A stretch of 64,000 nucleotides of DNA from Paraphysomonas bandaiensis (Eukaryota; Protista; Chrysophyceae), in assembly GCA_965644295.1 (NCBI GenBank), contig CBFFRP010000319.1:115610-179609 (forward strand). Reading direction: 5' to 3'. The notes below the pieces were generated by a model that saw nothing but the letters and a program-made list of their open reading frames with translations, had not been told where the DNA came from and did not search any database. A program made the position numbers and the translations under genes. Below are positions 1 through 12,231 of this stretch, in pieces (the stretch's first letter is position 1; every line of letters begins with the position of its first letter).

Positions 1-2257
1 AATTAGAGGTAGTGAAGGCAGATGCAGCGACTACAGCTGCTGTGTATGAAGAAAATATTGCTTCTTTGCAGAACAAGGTGGAGTTACTTTCTAATGAATT
101 GAAAAGTTTACATAAACAACATGAAATTGAGTTGAGAAGCGAAGTAGAGTCCATGGAAAAGGATATTCGAGAAAAAGATATGGAGCTTTCTCGCTTGACT
201 TCGTTAACAAAAGATTACGAAACCGTGTGTGCCAAAATGGATAGTGTTACAGAGGAAAATAAAACCCTCAAACAAAAGCAGCTTCTATTAGAGTCACTGC
301 CCAATCAAGCTGAAGTGGTTTCCAACCAGAAGAAACAAATTCACAAGTATGATACATATTCTTTATCTTTTCCACGTACACAGTTTTCTAGTATGACGTT
401 ATGTATGAATGAGTAATGCTTCACTTCTCCATATTCGTACTAATTGATAAACTTCAACGTAGGCTCGAAGTTGAGACTCGTCAGCTACACCAAGTTATTG
501 CTCAGCTTCGCAATGCCCGCCGAAACAACCAAGAGACAGTGGATAGTGCCCTAGCGGATCGACAATCCCAGAGTGAGCTGTTAGAGCGCCAAAAGCAGGA
601 GATAGTAGAGCTGAAGGATTCTTTGGAAAAGTTGCGACATTGTGATGATGAGAGGAACACTTTGAATAGTGAGGTACATATAACACACGAAAGTATTGAG
701 AGTATATGTGGGAACGTAGATATTGCCTCAGTTTCTCCCCTTATGTGACATTTACAATGGTTTTTAGGTAGTAAGGCTCCGCGATGTACTGTCGAGTATT
801 CGCTCAGAGTACGATAATAAGTTGATGCACTTGGAACAAATGTTAGTAGATACTCAGCAAGAACTATCCGATGCAAACCGGACAAGATATGACGTCGAGA
901 GTCAGTTGGAAGCCACAATCTCGGATTTTCTGATTGCGAAACAAGATTTGTCCCTCAAATCAGCGGAGTTGGAGAATTTGCACCGAGTGATCAGTGGAAT
1001 AGAAAAAGAGAAGACTGCTGCTATAAAACGAAGTGAAGAGGGGTTCGACGAACGAGTAAAGAAGCTTAAACAGGAGTGGGTAACAAGGCTCGATGAACTG
1101 AGAGAGGAACATGAGGGAAACATATGCATGATACGAAAACAACTGGTGGAAGCCAAACTGCGTATTCAGGATGAAGAACTACTGCGTCGAAAAATGGAGA
1201 TAGATATGACAGCGGAGAAAAAGAAAATGCACAAGACCCTTGAAAATGCTCTGAGTCAGTTGCAGAATTCTCAGGAAGACTGTGTTGACAGAGTGCTTGT
1301 AAAAAATTTAATCGTCACGTACTTTCAGCAGAAGAGGTAATTAATGTCACACGTCACATTATACACTACTGGTACACATGTTTTTACATTAATATGCATC
1401 GGTGTGCATAATTCGCTGATAATGAATGCCTAACGTACATTTCCTTCTCATCTAGGTCAATGGAAGTTCTGGAACTCATAGCAAAAGTTCTCGGGTTTAC
1501 GGAATCCGACCGTGTGACGACAGGGCTTCAAGTGGCGTCGGGGTCATTATTGGGTTCACTTTTTCAGTCATTTGCTAGTCCTCTCAAGGCGGTCACTCTT
1601 CCATCCCCAAAACCTGTAGATATCGAGGTGCATTTTTTTTCATATATGTCGCTATATACATGATTGCGTTCGGCGCTCGAATATTTCGCATCATTCCTGA
1701 TACTGTTGTAGGGAGAAAATTTAGCTGAAATGTGGTTGAATTTTTTGATTCACGAAAGCGATGGAAATGCTGCGTCAGACTCACAGAAGCCTAATCCACC
1801 GACTGTGAAACCTATTCCAGGTAATTACATTGCTCACAAGTGTAGTGTTTCCGTATATACGATGGTGCAGTATGAATTATGAAACCTGTGCTGCTGTTTA
1901 ATCATTTGATGGTATACAGATAAACCAACGTCACCGAGTATGAGTTCTGTTAGTTTGAGCCGTAGTGGGAGCTCGGATTCGGAGCGGTCGGCACCATTGT
2001 CGCCTCGTCGCTCATACACCAGTCTCTCCCATCACACACTGACAGGGACATCTGCTCCTCCCTCTGGGTCGCGCAGAATGACTGGCATCCGAAATGTTCC
2101 CATAGATATTAGTATACCTCCCGCGGTTTCTCCTTCCCGCAGCAATACCTCATCACCTGGTGATCCTACTGCCTTTAAGTTAGTCCCACAGTCTCCTGTC
2201 TTTTCGCCTTCCCTGGATGGGGGTAATGATGGAGCTGGCTCGCGGATTTCTAGTTAG
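1..2257 (+). CDS. Coiled-coil golgin with C-terminal GRAB domain and GA1 motif (GMAP-210/Rud3-like), 5' end outside window; exons <1-346, 463-673, 768-1336, 1456-1627, 1712-1820, 1920-2257
   Basis: GT-AG introns join the coiled-coil ORFs in frame. The spliced product reads DRVLVKNLIVTYFQQKR-SMEVLELIAKVLGFTESDR (GRAB-like), then GENLAEMWLNFLIHE (GA1-like), then a Ser/Pro-rich tail ending TAG at 2257. Confidence 0.8.
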
Positions 2258-4222
2258 TTTAGTTGGTACATTTCAATGCTCTAAGTAGTGGACGTACTAC
2301 AGAATTGTTTACGAATGAAGTGGAGTGTCTGTTTAAGTTGTGGAGAATTAATTCTGTGTTGTGTATTACGCGTTGTTTTGAATAGCTGTTCGTAATTTCA
2401 CTTGAAAGAAGTACAATGCGGTGAGTAAATTTTCTGTAGCAGTGTGCTTGGTAACGACCTCTCAAACACATTAGGGAGGTTGAAGACACCATTTCGTACT
2501 TTCATTGAAAAATAACTGTGAACCCATCACTGCGTAAGATTAGCAAACAATGTCAACCCTATCAACCAATATTTTACAAACTAGACAGAAGTGATCTTAT
2601 ACTGTCAATATATTACAGATAGTGACCTAATTCATATTTTTCATTATAGTTTTAACCACGGACAATAAGGAGGCTATATCGTTCCGCGCTCAAAATTTTA
2701 AAATTCAGACAATGGATGATACTCCTTATCCCTAGGTTAAAGTGTAGTTTATCCTCATGATGTTGAAAACTGAATATTAGATTGTGCAGCTATTTTAGTT
2801 GCCTGCTTGCTGTAATAAGAAATAACCGTTTCCTGTGATTAACATTAATGTTGAGTTCTGCTATATGAGAGCAATTGAAAGCTGTAGTTGTAAGGTATTT
2901 AAATTACTGTAGTATACAGTTGTAGTCTAGTTAATCGTATTGTGAGAATGAATGACGATAAGCATATAGCGGTAAAACGGAATATAGTGACGATGCAAGT
3001 TGTAGTGACGATGTAAGATCGTCGTACGAGAAATGAGTGGTAGTGGAGACAGCATGATATTGATGAATGATAAGAGATGTTGATTATAATTTATAATTCT
3101 CAGCATTGAGTATAAGTTACCTTCTGTTGTTAAGTTAATACTTCTCATATAATGTCAAACCTTGATAATTAAGAAAACAAATAAGAATTCATATTGTTTC
3201 AAATTAAAGGTATGTATACAGTATACTGGCCGTGTATGCTTTGGTAATAACAATTGCACTATAGAGCTACTCAAACAATAACCCAAATTTATATATATAA
3301 TAGCTACAACAAATGCACTCCTACTACAGAAGGATACTGAGGGAATAGCAACTGCGAGGTGTTGAAATTCGTACATAAGTGTGAGGATGAATGTGAACAG
3401 TTTTAGTCGCACGAAAGGCTTCTTATTGCCTTAATTTGCATCATCATTACATTTATATACAATGGGCTTAACCTCTGCTAGTGCACCTGATTAAATGACG
3501 TGTGTATGATATGAGGCACACGATATCCCCATAAGCACAATGCGACCCAAACCCAGAAAGAACTGGATACCACTACCCGTTACCACCTATACAGCATCAG
3601 ATATGGTACTAGACTCTCCTGAAATATTCTTGAAGTTGTTTCGAAGTCCTGGCTATGAAGATAGATCGCTTGTACTGATATCATTATGATCTTCTACTGC
3701 AGTTGAAGGATGGAATACAACTTAGAGTGTTTGATGGAATACTGAAGTTGAATGTCTACATTTGACCGGTGCTGATGTGAGCGCTCTGTTAAGCCAAAAT
3801 CAGGTGTAAAACGTTCTTTAGACAAAATGGGGATAAGTTCATATATTATGGTTTTAAACGACTGTATTAGTCAGATGTCAGATAAGGGTTATAATTTAAA
3901 ACCTTTAAGTTACTCGCAAATAAGCAAAGCGTAACACTGTAAAGTTTATGTTTGTTAGTATATTCTGTTGGCATATTAATGTTACTTAGATTACTTGTCA
4001 GAATAACTGTTGTATTAATAATTTCTACAACATTTAAGTATACTACAATATTTTAGTATAATATGTCATATTTTAACATTTATATTATTATATTATTACA
4101 AAATATCAGCTTCATGACTTACTTATAATAGACTGCTACGGAAATGTAAATATAGCACAAGTCCTAATTGATATCACAATGCTGAACACTCTACTATCAT
4201 ATTACTCCCTAGGACAATGTGT

Positions 4223-4996
4223 TCACGCCCGTTTTCGGGAACTGACTTCAGCCTCGACTGCTTGATACCACTTCTGTAAGCCATTGACTTCTTTCATTGC
4301 ATATTCGAAAGTAGGAAGCTCATTGATTCCTCGTAAAACACCGAATACTAATAAATCAGGGACAGTAACTCGATCACCATGCAAATATGTATTTGCACCC
4401 ACTGCCTGTACCCATTCATTGAGAAGCTGACGCAACTCCTCCCTCTCGTTACCAATCCCGTACTTTTTTTTAACTTTCGTGTGCACAGCAAACATTGCCA
4501 CTGGACTTACATATCTGTTCAGTAATTTCTGTGGTAAAGACCAAGAGTCGACATTATCCACATACTGGAATGATTTAAACGACTCTCCAAAGCTCCTAGT
4601 AATATTACAATACAACACAGTAGATAGCTTCTTCTCTGTCCAATCCATCCATTGGTCAGTATCATCTGTCCATTCCACAGTCTGTCCTTCAGCTCCAGTG
4701 ATAAGATCTTTAGAATCACGTACATACTGTATGATTGTCTTGGAATCAGTTAGTACATTCTCACCAATAGTTGCAACAGGAACTGATTTTGAACCTGAAA
4801 ATTTAATTTGATCTTTTGAAAGTGGGTTTACTTCAATGGTTTTATAATCTATACCAGAGTAATCAAAGTATGACTTTACACGATTACAAAATGGGCATGT
4901 AGCATATTGATAAAGTGTGATTGTAGTGGAATTATATCGTAGAATATTCCTAGAAAAAGGAATTCTTGATAAGATTCTTTGTTTATTGAATATCAT
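4223..4996 (-). CDS. Prostaglandin E synthase 2-like glutaredoxin/GST protein, probable mitochondrial presequence
   Basis: TLYQYATCPFCNRVKSYFDY..EVNP (CPFC glutaredoxin motif), VP and DS motifs, and a GST-C region (YLHGDRVTVPDLLVFGVL). ATG 4996 begins an Arg-rich, acid-free N-terminus (MIFNKQRILSRIPFSR). Confidence 0.88.
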   Translation of the reverse strand: MIFNKQRILSRIPFSRNILRYNSTTITLYQYATCPFCNRVKSYFDYSGIDYKTIEVNPLSKDQIKFSGSKSVPVATIGENVLTDSKTIIQYVRDSKDLITGAEGQTVEWTDDTDQWMDWTEKKLSTVLYCNITRSFGESFKSFQYVDNVDSWSLPQKLLNRYVSPVAMFAVHTKVKKKYGIGNEREELRQLLNEWVQAVGANTYLHGDRVTVPDLLVFGVLRGINELPTFEYAMKEVNGLQKWYQAVEAEVSSRKRA

Positions 4997-5510
4997 TCTA
5001 TATATGGGTGTTAAGGGGGTTGTATGAGGTGTGTGTTGGTTAATAGCATCACATGGCTGTACACTACAAGCAAGTACCTCATTGAGAACACATATAGAAG
5101 GTATACACACTACCATACTACGGTACCATACTATCATATAGTGCTGCTGTATATGTATGTACGTATGTACAGTTCTGTGTCCAGAGTACTCCGTATGGAA
5201 TACTGTGCATAATTATACTGCTGTATATCACTGTATTTTGAGTCTATTATCCACCCATCATTTCTGATGCTAAACGTGTGGTCCACAGGAGCTTCCACAG
5301 CACTCACTCGACATATCAAAACAAACTATTATCATTATTAAACCAGAGTGTCTTGTAGAAATCACACTGCAAGATATTCAAATGAAAGGCTCATGTTGGA
5401 AGAAGCATTGAACCTCAATGGCCTGAGCGTGTCATGAATCGATGATGGAAATCTCAGCAAGGTAACTGAACGATTATTTACTATATATACAATGACACTG
5501 GCATCACATC

Positions 5511-5687
5511 CCATTGATGACTATGATTAATTTCACTTTTGACGACATCATTTGTGGGTCAATTAGACATGCATGGACTGAGGGATGGTGTTATTGTGTC
5601 TGTTATTAATAAACCCAATGATGATTATGATTAATATCACTCTGACGACACCATTTATGGGTCATTTAGACATGCATGGACTTAGGG
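5511..5687. repeat. Imperfect direct duplication of a ~73-bp unit, period ~104 bp
   Basis: ccattgatgactatgattaatttcac...ttagacatgcatggactgaggg at 5511 recurs as ccaatgatgattatgattaatatcac...ttagacatgcatggacttaggg at ~5615. Confidence 0.8.
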
Positions 5688-7152
5688 TTTAATTGTTTGT
5701 TATTGGAAACTTTGTAATTGACGTGTTCACCTTATTAACATTTTCTTATAGTGTGAAGATACTACTGTGAGGGCATACGGCGAGTATTTCCACTTGTAAA
5801 ACTCATGGTGAGTAAACATTCTGTTCACACATTCGTTGTTTATATATCCCGATGATTAAAAACAAAATACCATACGATACACTGCATAAAATGCATTGTA
5901 CTGGGGTCATGAGATTTCTGCCTAAGGGATTTCATATGATTACTTTCAACATGCCGCTGTTGTTGGACTGTGTTTAAATTTACGTTGTTTGTAGGACCTG
6001 TGCTTCACTTGTACCTGTTGAAGGAGACGTCCCCGCCGAGTAGTCTGCCTCCATAATCGATCATTGTGAGTACTTTGATATGTGCAACACCTTTACCTGC
6101 CTATTGCAGTCTATTCTGCCACAGATGTCATCTTTTCTGTGATGATTACTTCTATTTGCCATGGACTGCAGACATTATACGATATTTTAGGAACCTAGTA
6201 GTGATATGCGTGACCTACCGAGGGCCAAAAATGTCATACATCTGCTTATACACACTATTTCTTCTTTTACAACTCAACTTATATTACTTATCCACAGGAT
6301 TAGCTGGCGGTAACTATGTGTAGCAGTCTCAGACTCTCTTCGTTATGGAGTTAGCAGCTATTTCCCACAGTAAAATCGTTATCGCATTTGGTAATGTTGG
6401 ACACCTAGTTTCGCTTTCTTCTTCTTTGAATTCGATATGAATTTCTTTATTTTCTTCTCTGTGAATCTTCTCTAGTTGAATAAAGTCAATAATTCTGTTG
6501 GTCTACAAAATTTCGTATCATATCTACCAACAAATGAATAAATAGTTGTTTTTGCACAACTATTCAGTAATAAGATCTTTATAATGTTATTGTTAAAAAC
6601 GCTAGTACTCAACTGTATTCTTGTTAGAAAGTCGTAGTAGAAAAAACAAGTTCTTATAAATGTTGACTTAGTCAACACTTTTAGAATCCAAGGCTACTTT
6701 ATGCATTTAGTTAGCGTACACATAATATATCTGTGGGCTTTGCTGGTTGTACAGTTTGGAATAAGAGACGGTTTTAAAGAGTTAATGATATGCTTCGAAT
6801 TAATTCAGAGAAGCCGGAAAGAGTTGACTGTAGTCTTGGTTATCTCATATCTGATAAAAAATAGAATTATTAAAAGATAATAAATGATCGGAAATGATCA
6901 TCGCAATTTTAACTCCTTGATTATAGAGATAGTTCATTGTTCAGTTACTTAAGTTTAGCCACCCTAACGTCAAGCTTTTGATATCACAAACTCATAAACG
7001 TCTTTCGTAGCTGTTTAAAGTTCAAAGAGCTCTGAGGACTAGTAGTAATCATACTAACAGTCAAATATATCCAAGATGTAGTTGAAATAGTGCTTTTTAC
7101 AAGTTTTAACTGATACATGGCATAATAACAAATCAAACTAATGTGAACAAAG

Positions 7153-7764
7153 TTAGTTTTCTCTCGGTTGATCTACATTTGAAGGTGCAGCGGGTTGTGC
7201 AGCTCTCAATATCCCGGCAATGGCAAGAAAAGCTCCACCAACGCCTAATACTCCCCCTGATACAAGAAACGCACCAGTTCCAATAGCAGTAGCGGACGTC
7301 GCACTCGCTGTCGATATTGCACTGACAGCTAAGCCAGTGGTCCCTAGAATTGTCCCCACATAGCCAATATGAGTCAGCCCCCCGTACGGTACTTGGTCAC
7401 CTTGAGTAGCTAAAGTAAGGTCTCGTTTCAATGATTCAATATTAGTTCTTTCTATTTTATTATTCAATTCGCTGATTTGTAACTCAGTTTTTTTCTGAGC
7501 ATTTTCCATAAATGAAATCTGGGCCTTGGCCGCATCAAACTCATGTTTTCGTCCAGCATTAAAACTTTCTTGAACAACTTTATTACCCAATTGCCCCAGC
7601 CCTTTGAACGAATTCGACATTGTACTAAACATGAAGTCCAACGACTTTGTTGCCATAGAATATTGGGCTTTTTCTTCATCAGTTGCGTTATTGTACCAGT
7701 GGAAGGCAGAGCCTGCTGACAATGTGCTTCCGAGAGCAACTGTTTTCAATGGGAATCGAATCAT
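7153..7764 (-). CDS. Intronless orphan protein (~203 aa): coiled coil plus long Gly/Ala-rich hydrophobic C-terminal hairpin
   Basis: Uninterrupted ORF, ATG at 7764 preceded by GAGGGTAATA. C-terminal IGYVGTILGTTGLAVSAI...GAFLVSGGVLGVGGAFLAIAGIL. Confidence 0.6.
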   Translation of the reverse strand: MIRFPLKTVALGSTLSAGSAFHWYNNATDEEKAQYSMATKSLDFMFSTMSNSFKGLGQLGNKVVQESFNAGRKHEFDAAKAQISFMENAQKKTELQISELNNKIERTNIESLKRDLTLATQGDQVPYGGLTHIGYVGTILGTTGLAVSAISTASATSATAIGTGAFLVSGGVLGVGGAFLAIAGILRAAQPAAPSNVDQPREN

Positions 7765-8376
7765 TATTACCCTCAAGATATCCCTCAATCTAAAGCGATA
7801 GATGTCGGCTAGATAACTTACTTGTATATATATAACAATAGAATAATGTCATATACTGCTGGTTGGGTAATACGCCGACCCATATACAGCGTACTTTATA
7901 CTGTATGTACTGTGTACTGCAGTATATATATACTGCTGTGTATGTTTTCATATACAAATATATGAAGGAGCGGTTTTAGCGATAGAATGGAATATCTACA
8001 TATGGTATAGATGGTATAAGTGACAAAAAAACTGACTTTTGAGGCTAAATATCCAAATTTTAAGATTACTGTACCCCTAAACCACTAGTATATACAACCA
8101 TATATAGATTTTCGTTTAAAAAACCGTCAAGCCATATGGATGGACTGGAGAGTAGTTTATATAACCTGCCTGTGGTACTATATCTTGATTATACGTATAA
8201 TCCTATAGGTAATATTTTGGCGAGTGAGAAAGTCGTAATACCATATACATATACATACATATATATATATAATCATTTAAACTACAAGCAAATTACAAAG
8301 TCGGATATAATTGAATAAATATACCTGGTGTTGTATATCTCTGTATGAGTATTTCCCTATAAACACTGAGGTTGAT

Positions 8377-9612
8377 ATGGACTTGTTTTCTATCAGTAAT
8401 TATTCAGTGGGTCTCGATATATGCAGCGCTTTGGGTATTCCGACAAGACCTGTTCTGGAGGATGCTATCACAACAGTAACAAAGCGAACTATAGAAAATG
8501 GTGCGCGCTCTTTTTCTGAACCTGTGAAGCCAAAGCCTGCATCATCTTGTCAAGAAATAATAAGCAACTATTCTGGTGGCGAGCCTCCGAAGCCTCCTTT
8601 CTCTAGCGGCTCTCCAATATCTCCTTCCAAAGGGGCATCAGATTTTTATAAAAGAGAAAATTTATACACTCAAGCTCAGGTTTTCAATGATGTCAAGAAC
8701 GGAATTCAAAGGCGCATAAACACTGAAAGCGACTCCGAGCAATTGGAAGGCCACATCGCAACATTACAGCAACAGATAGCACTTATAAAGAAATATGAAT
8801 ATCGAATCTTAGATCTACTTGAAAATCCGAGTATTGCAAGTGAGATTAAAGACAAAATATTTCTAGCAAAAAGTAGAGCCAAGACTCTTTTTACCAGACT
8901 TAATGAATCTGGAACTATTGATCTTCGATCTGCTGTTCCGGAGGAACAGCAGCGGTCTTGCATGGAGCGTGGAAAGTTTCAAGCTCTTCTTGAAAGTGTA
9001 TTACCTGAAGCTGAGGGCTTTATATCGTCTGTTGATCTCTATAATCAGATGAAGCAAGAAGAGCGTCTTCTTTTGGCGCACCCAGAAAGCTTTGCCCCAA
9101 TGCTTTCCATAATTCATTTAGCCAGCGAAGTTGAAACGAAACAGTCGGATCGAGCTGTTATATCAGTTTCTTTTTACCCTGTCTTAAAAAGTACGGCGAT
9201 GCAAAACTTACGTATTGCCATTCCAGCTATTCAGAAGCTCTCCGAACATAGAAAACAAGATTTGGATTCGCTTCATCAAGACCCTTCCAAAACATCGGAA
9301 CTGCTGAACCAGTGTCGAGATACTAGAAATGCGATTTCCTTGTACTCTGATGCATTAGAAAAAGTTCCATTTCGCAAAGAGCTGGAAAGTGAAATAATTT
9401 TACTTGGAAAAGAAATATCGTATCTGGAGCAGTCTGTAATTTTCATTGAAAGTCAAATTCGATCTGAGAAAAATATTGCTTATTTAGTCGCTGCTGGTCG
9501 TGGGGTGGTCATTGGGGCTGGACTAACGGCCGCTATTGCCATACCTGTCATAGGCAGCTCTATGATTGTCTCCTCAGTGTTGTGGCTATTTAATTCTAGA
9601 AGATATAGATGA
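8377..9612 (+). CDS. Intronless orphan protein (~411 aa): helical/coiled-coil body with C-terminal hydrophobic membrane segment(s)
   Basis: 1.2-kb open frame, ATG at 8377 preceded by GAGGTTGAT. C-terminal IAYLVAAGRGVVIGAGLTAAIAIPVIGSSMIVSSVLWLF followed by a basic RRYR tail. Confidence 0.7.
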   Translation: MDLFSISNYSVGLDICSALGIPTRPVLEDAITTVTKRTIENGARSFSEPVKPKPASSCQEIISNYSGGEPPKPPFSSGSPISPSKGASDFYKRENLYTQAQVFNDVKNGIQRRINTESDSEQLEGHIATLQQQIALIKKYEYRILDLLENPSIASEIKDKIFLAKSRAKTLFTRLNESGTIDLRSAVPEEQQRSCMERGKFQALLESVLPEAEGFISSVDLYNQMKQEERLLLAHPESFAPMLSIIHLASEVETKQSDRAVISVSFYPVLKSTAMQNLRIAIPAIQKLSEHRKQDLDSLHQDPSKTSELLNQCRDTRNAISLYSDALEKVPFRKELESEIILLGKEISYLEQSVIFIESQIRSEKNIAYLVAAGRGVVIGAGLTAAIAIPVIGSSMIVSSVLWLFNSRRYR

Positions 9613-9895
9613 ATGTTTAATGCCAGTGTTATTTGGTCCTTCTCTTATAATATGGGGAGACAAAGACTGGCTGGATTGAATACTAAATCGTCGTCAAAAT
9701 AATGTAGTAAAGTTTCACAATGAAGTACAATTTTGTGATTAAATTGATATGCGTGCATTGATTTAAATATAATAAGCTGTTAACTAGAATCGCCTCTTTT
9801 ATTCCAATTTAAATGAAATAGCTAATAAGTGTAATGAAAAGCTACGAAAAAACAAAAGTAATAAAAACTTATATAAACTGCTTACACTATATATT

Positions 9896-10388
9896 CACCA
9901 GGGCTGTGTAACAATTAATTGTCAATTATTGGCATTGCCACAAGTGAAATTTGGACAGCAAGTAATAATTTATCAAAAAATTCTTCAATTAATCGTCAAA
10001 ACACACAACACGACGATGAAAAAAAGTCATTTTCCTTTCTTTTCATCTAACATTTATTTCAGCTAATATGAGTATTTTAAGTATTAGTTATTACACATAA
10101 TTATAAGTCATAAGTGGCACAAACTACATATAGCTAGTTAAAGGTTTAAACTTAATATTAATTGGGTAGTGAATGTCTTACATTTAGTCAGAAATAACAT
10201 CGCAAAACAAGTTAACTAAATACTGCTTAACTCTGATATCCTATAATCTAACGCTACGAAAGCTACTTATGCGTCACCGCAAGTACAAAGATGCAACCAC
10301 TTTTGCTCTTTATTAATTGGGACAGCCAGTAATAATTTCAATTATAATTAACTACAACAAGCGCCAATTAATTGTTGCGCCTGGTGAC
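9896..10388. mobile_element. Candidate degenerate MITE (~490 bp), possibly hAT-like
   Basis: Imperfect inverted ends CACCAGGGCTGTGTAACAATTAATTG and CAATTAATTGTTGCGCCTGGTG. The 8-mer attcacca occurs at both edges (9893-9900, 10389-10396). Internal 10211-10290 resembles 15581-15650. Confidence 0.4.
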
Positions 10389-10524
10389 ATTCACCAATGA
10401 TACAGCTCTAAGTAAAATAAGAGAGCAATATATTGCAATGACAGTATTATTGTATTATTAGTCGTAATACGTATATCGTATCAAATCAAGCCACCTTAGT
10501 CTGTTAAGGGAGTAGACAATTAAC

Positions 10525-11040
10525 TCGTACAATGCTGTATTTACCATGAGATACACGGTCAGATATTGCATATGCTGTAGGAATTGTTGTCTCGTTATGT
10601 TGCTATGCCAATACTGGCTGTGTGTAAACTTATGACTTACTTGTTTACTATGTTTAAGGAATCTGATTTGGCACTGACGCTGACTAGGCAGGTGATTTAG
10701 TTACTTGACTATCGATTATCGTATATATTATTTTTGTCGCCGGAAGTCCACTTACATAATTATACAGGTTATGTCATCACTCATTTAAAGCAAATATCAA
10801 GCCATGTATGCCTTAGTATGCAAGAATTGGTGTGGCTTCTGGGAGTGTTGGGCAACAAGAACTTCGATTGTGCAAACCCACCTATTTTTTCGGATATAGC
10901 CAAAGTACCCGTGGCTCAACACTTAATCCGTATTTTATTAACGCTCAAAACATATCGAGATCAAATACCACTGCGTACGTGAACATGTAGAGCATGATAG
11001 ACCGTTCAACACTGTATCATGTTGGGACATCTTTACAAAA
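10525..11040 (+). mobile_element. Degenerate Ty1/copia retrotransposon fragment (RT C-terminus plus RNase H)
   Basis: Across frameshifts and stops: TRSDIAYAVG..SRY, TDAD*AGDLVT*LSIIVYIIFVAGSPLT* (copia DADWAGD..TRRS..GY...AGGPISW), QELVWLLGVL and RSKHIEIKYHCVREHVE, in canonical order. Confidence 0.85.
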
Positions 11041-11455
11041 CTATATGTATTGTAGTATAAGTGAAGCGTCAAAAAGTGTATCTAGGTGAGGATCAGATTT
11101 AATGGAGGTCACCACATGATGCAGAAGACTATGGTGAGGCTATTTAAATGTCGGAGTCATGCATACACCAGCTATCCTTATTAGATTTTGGTGGTTGCGT
11201 ATATGGCAGTTATGTCTCATACACACACAGCGGAAGGGGGAGAAAGTTCTTCGAAATAATGTGAAAATTCTATCCATAGCTTTGAATTGAGAGAGAGGGT
11301 TGAGTAATGATATTTAACGCTTTTGAATTATAACCGATACTTGAAATATACAGTAAATAGAGTTGGCATAATGTGAGGTTACGAATTGTTACGTGTTACG
11401 AATAAAAGTCTATCTACAGCCCTCTTTCCTAACTGCTGTCTTCAGTGATTCCGAA

Positions 11456-12231
11456 TCAAGAGTGGCGCCTTCGCTTTTTACTACCTTGATCATCCTGCTC
11501 TGAAACTCTTTTCTCGGCACTGTCAGCGCAAGAACTGATGGGTAAATAAGATAAAACTGCTTTCACCCAAAGAGCTTTCCCGAGACCTTCCATTCCAGCA
11601 CCCCACCCTTCGAGCTGTCCTTCGACCTCCTTCAACCGGTTTCGCATACATTCATACGCCCGCATGTTGTAGTCCCGCTTCTTTCCACTAGCAGCTTCCA
11701 AAGCCTCGTCAGACATAAAAGGGACAGTTTCAAAGATGGGAGCCACGATGGCAGATGCGGTGGCTAGAATTGTGATGTACAGCACACAGCGTTATGAGCT
11801 GCATTATATAACCACTACAACACACCTGGACCAACTCCGCGCAATTCCTGCAGCTTTAGCATGCACTCTTTCCACTTGGAGTCTTCTATAAAAGCAAAAG
11901 CTGCAGCGGAAACAGATGCTACCCGCGCCCCATCGTTCTGACCCACCAACCCTAGAAGGGCTGGCCTATTCTTACCTCGCAACAACTTCCACTTCATAAC
12001 CTTTACAAGTTCTTCTTTCGTTATGCTCATTGGCACTCTACTTCTGACTGTCTCCTTATAATCGTTCCATAGCCACTTGTCTAGATCAATCAGCTCCTTC
12101 TTGCTCTTGGACTCTGCCATTGCAGCTACAGCATCTTCATATCGACCGAGTTCATTACGCCATTCACTTATATCTGTCGATTCTAGTAGGCTTCTTGCAA
12201 CAGTTGATCCCTGACGAAGCATTGCACTCAA
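11456..12231 (-). CDS. Amun-like / HhH DNA-glycosylase-fold protein, two exons (intron 11764-11825)
   Basis: A 62-nt GT-AG intron restores LRGVGPATASAI (helix-hairpin-helix). Family-typical motifs LDKW, ITKEELVKVMKWKLLRGKNRPAL and PFMSDEA are present. Confidence 0.8.

Noticed and set aside
3155-3412. Possible further hAT dimerisation-domain relic (LAVAIPSVSFCSRSAF...LSSSIVQLL)
   Set aside because: Only a vague resemblance. The ERxFS core is missing and no TIRs were found.
4997-5137. N-terminal extension of the 304-aa ORF
   Set aside because: Low-complexity upstream sequence. ATG 4996 gives a typical targeting peptide and family-size protein.
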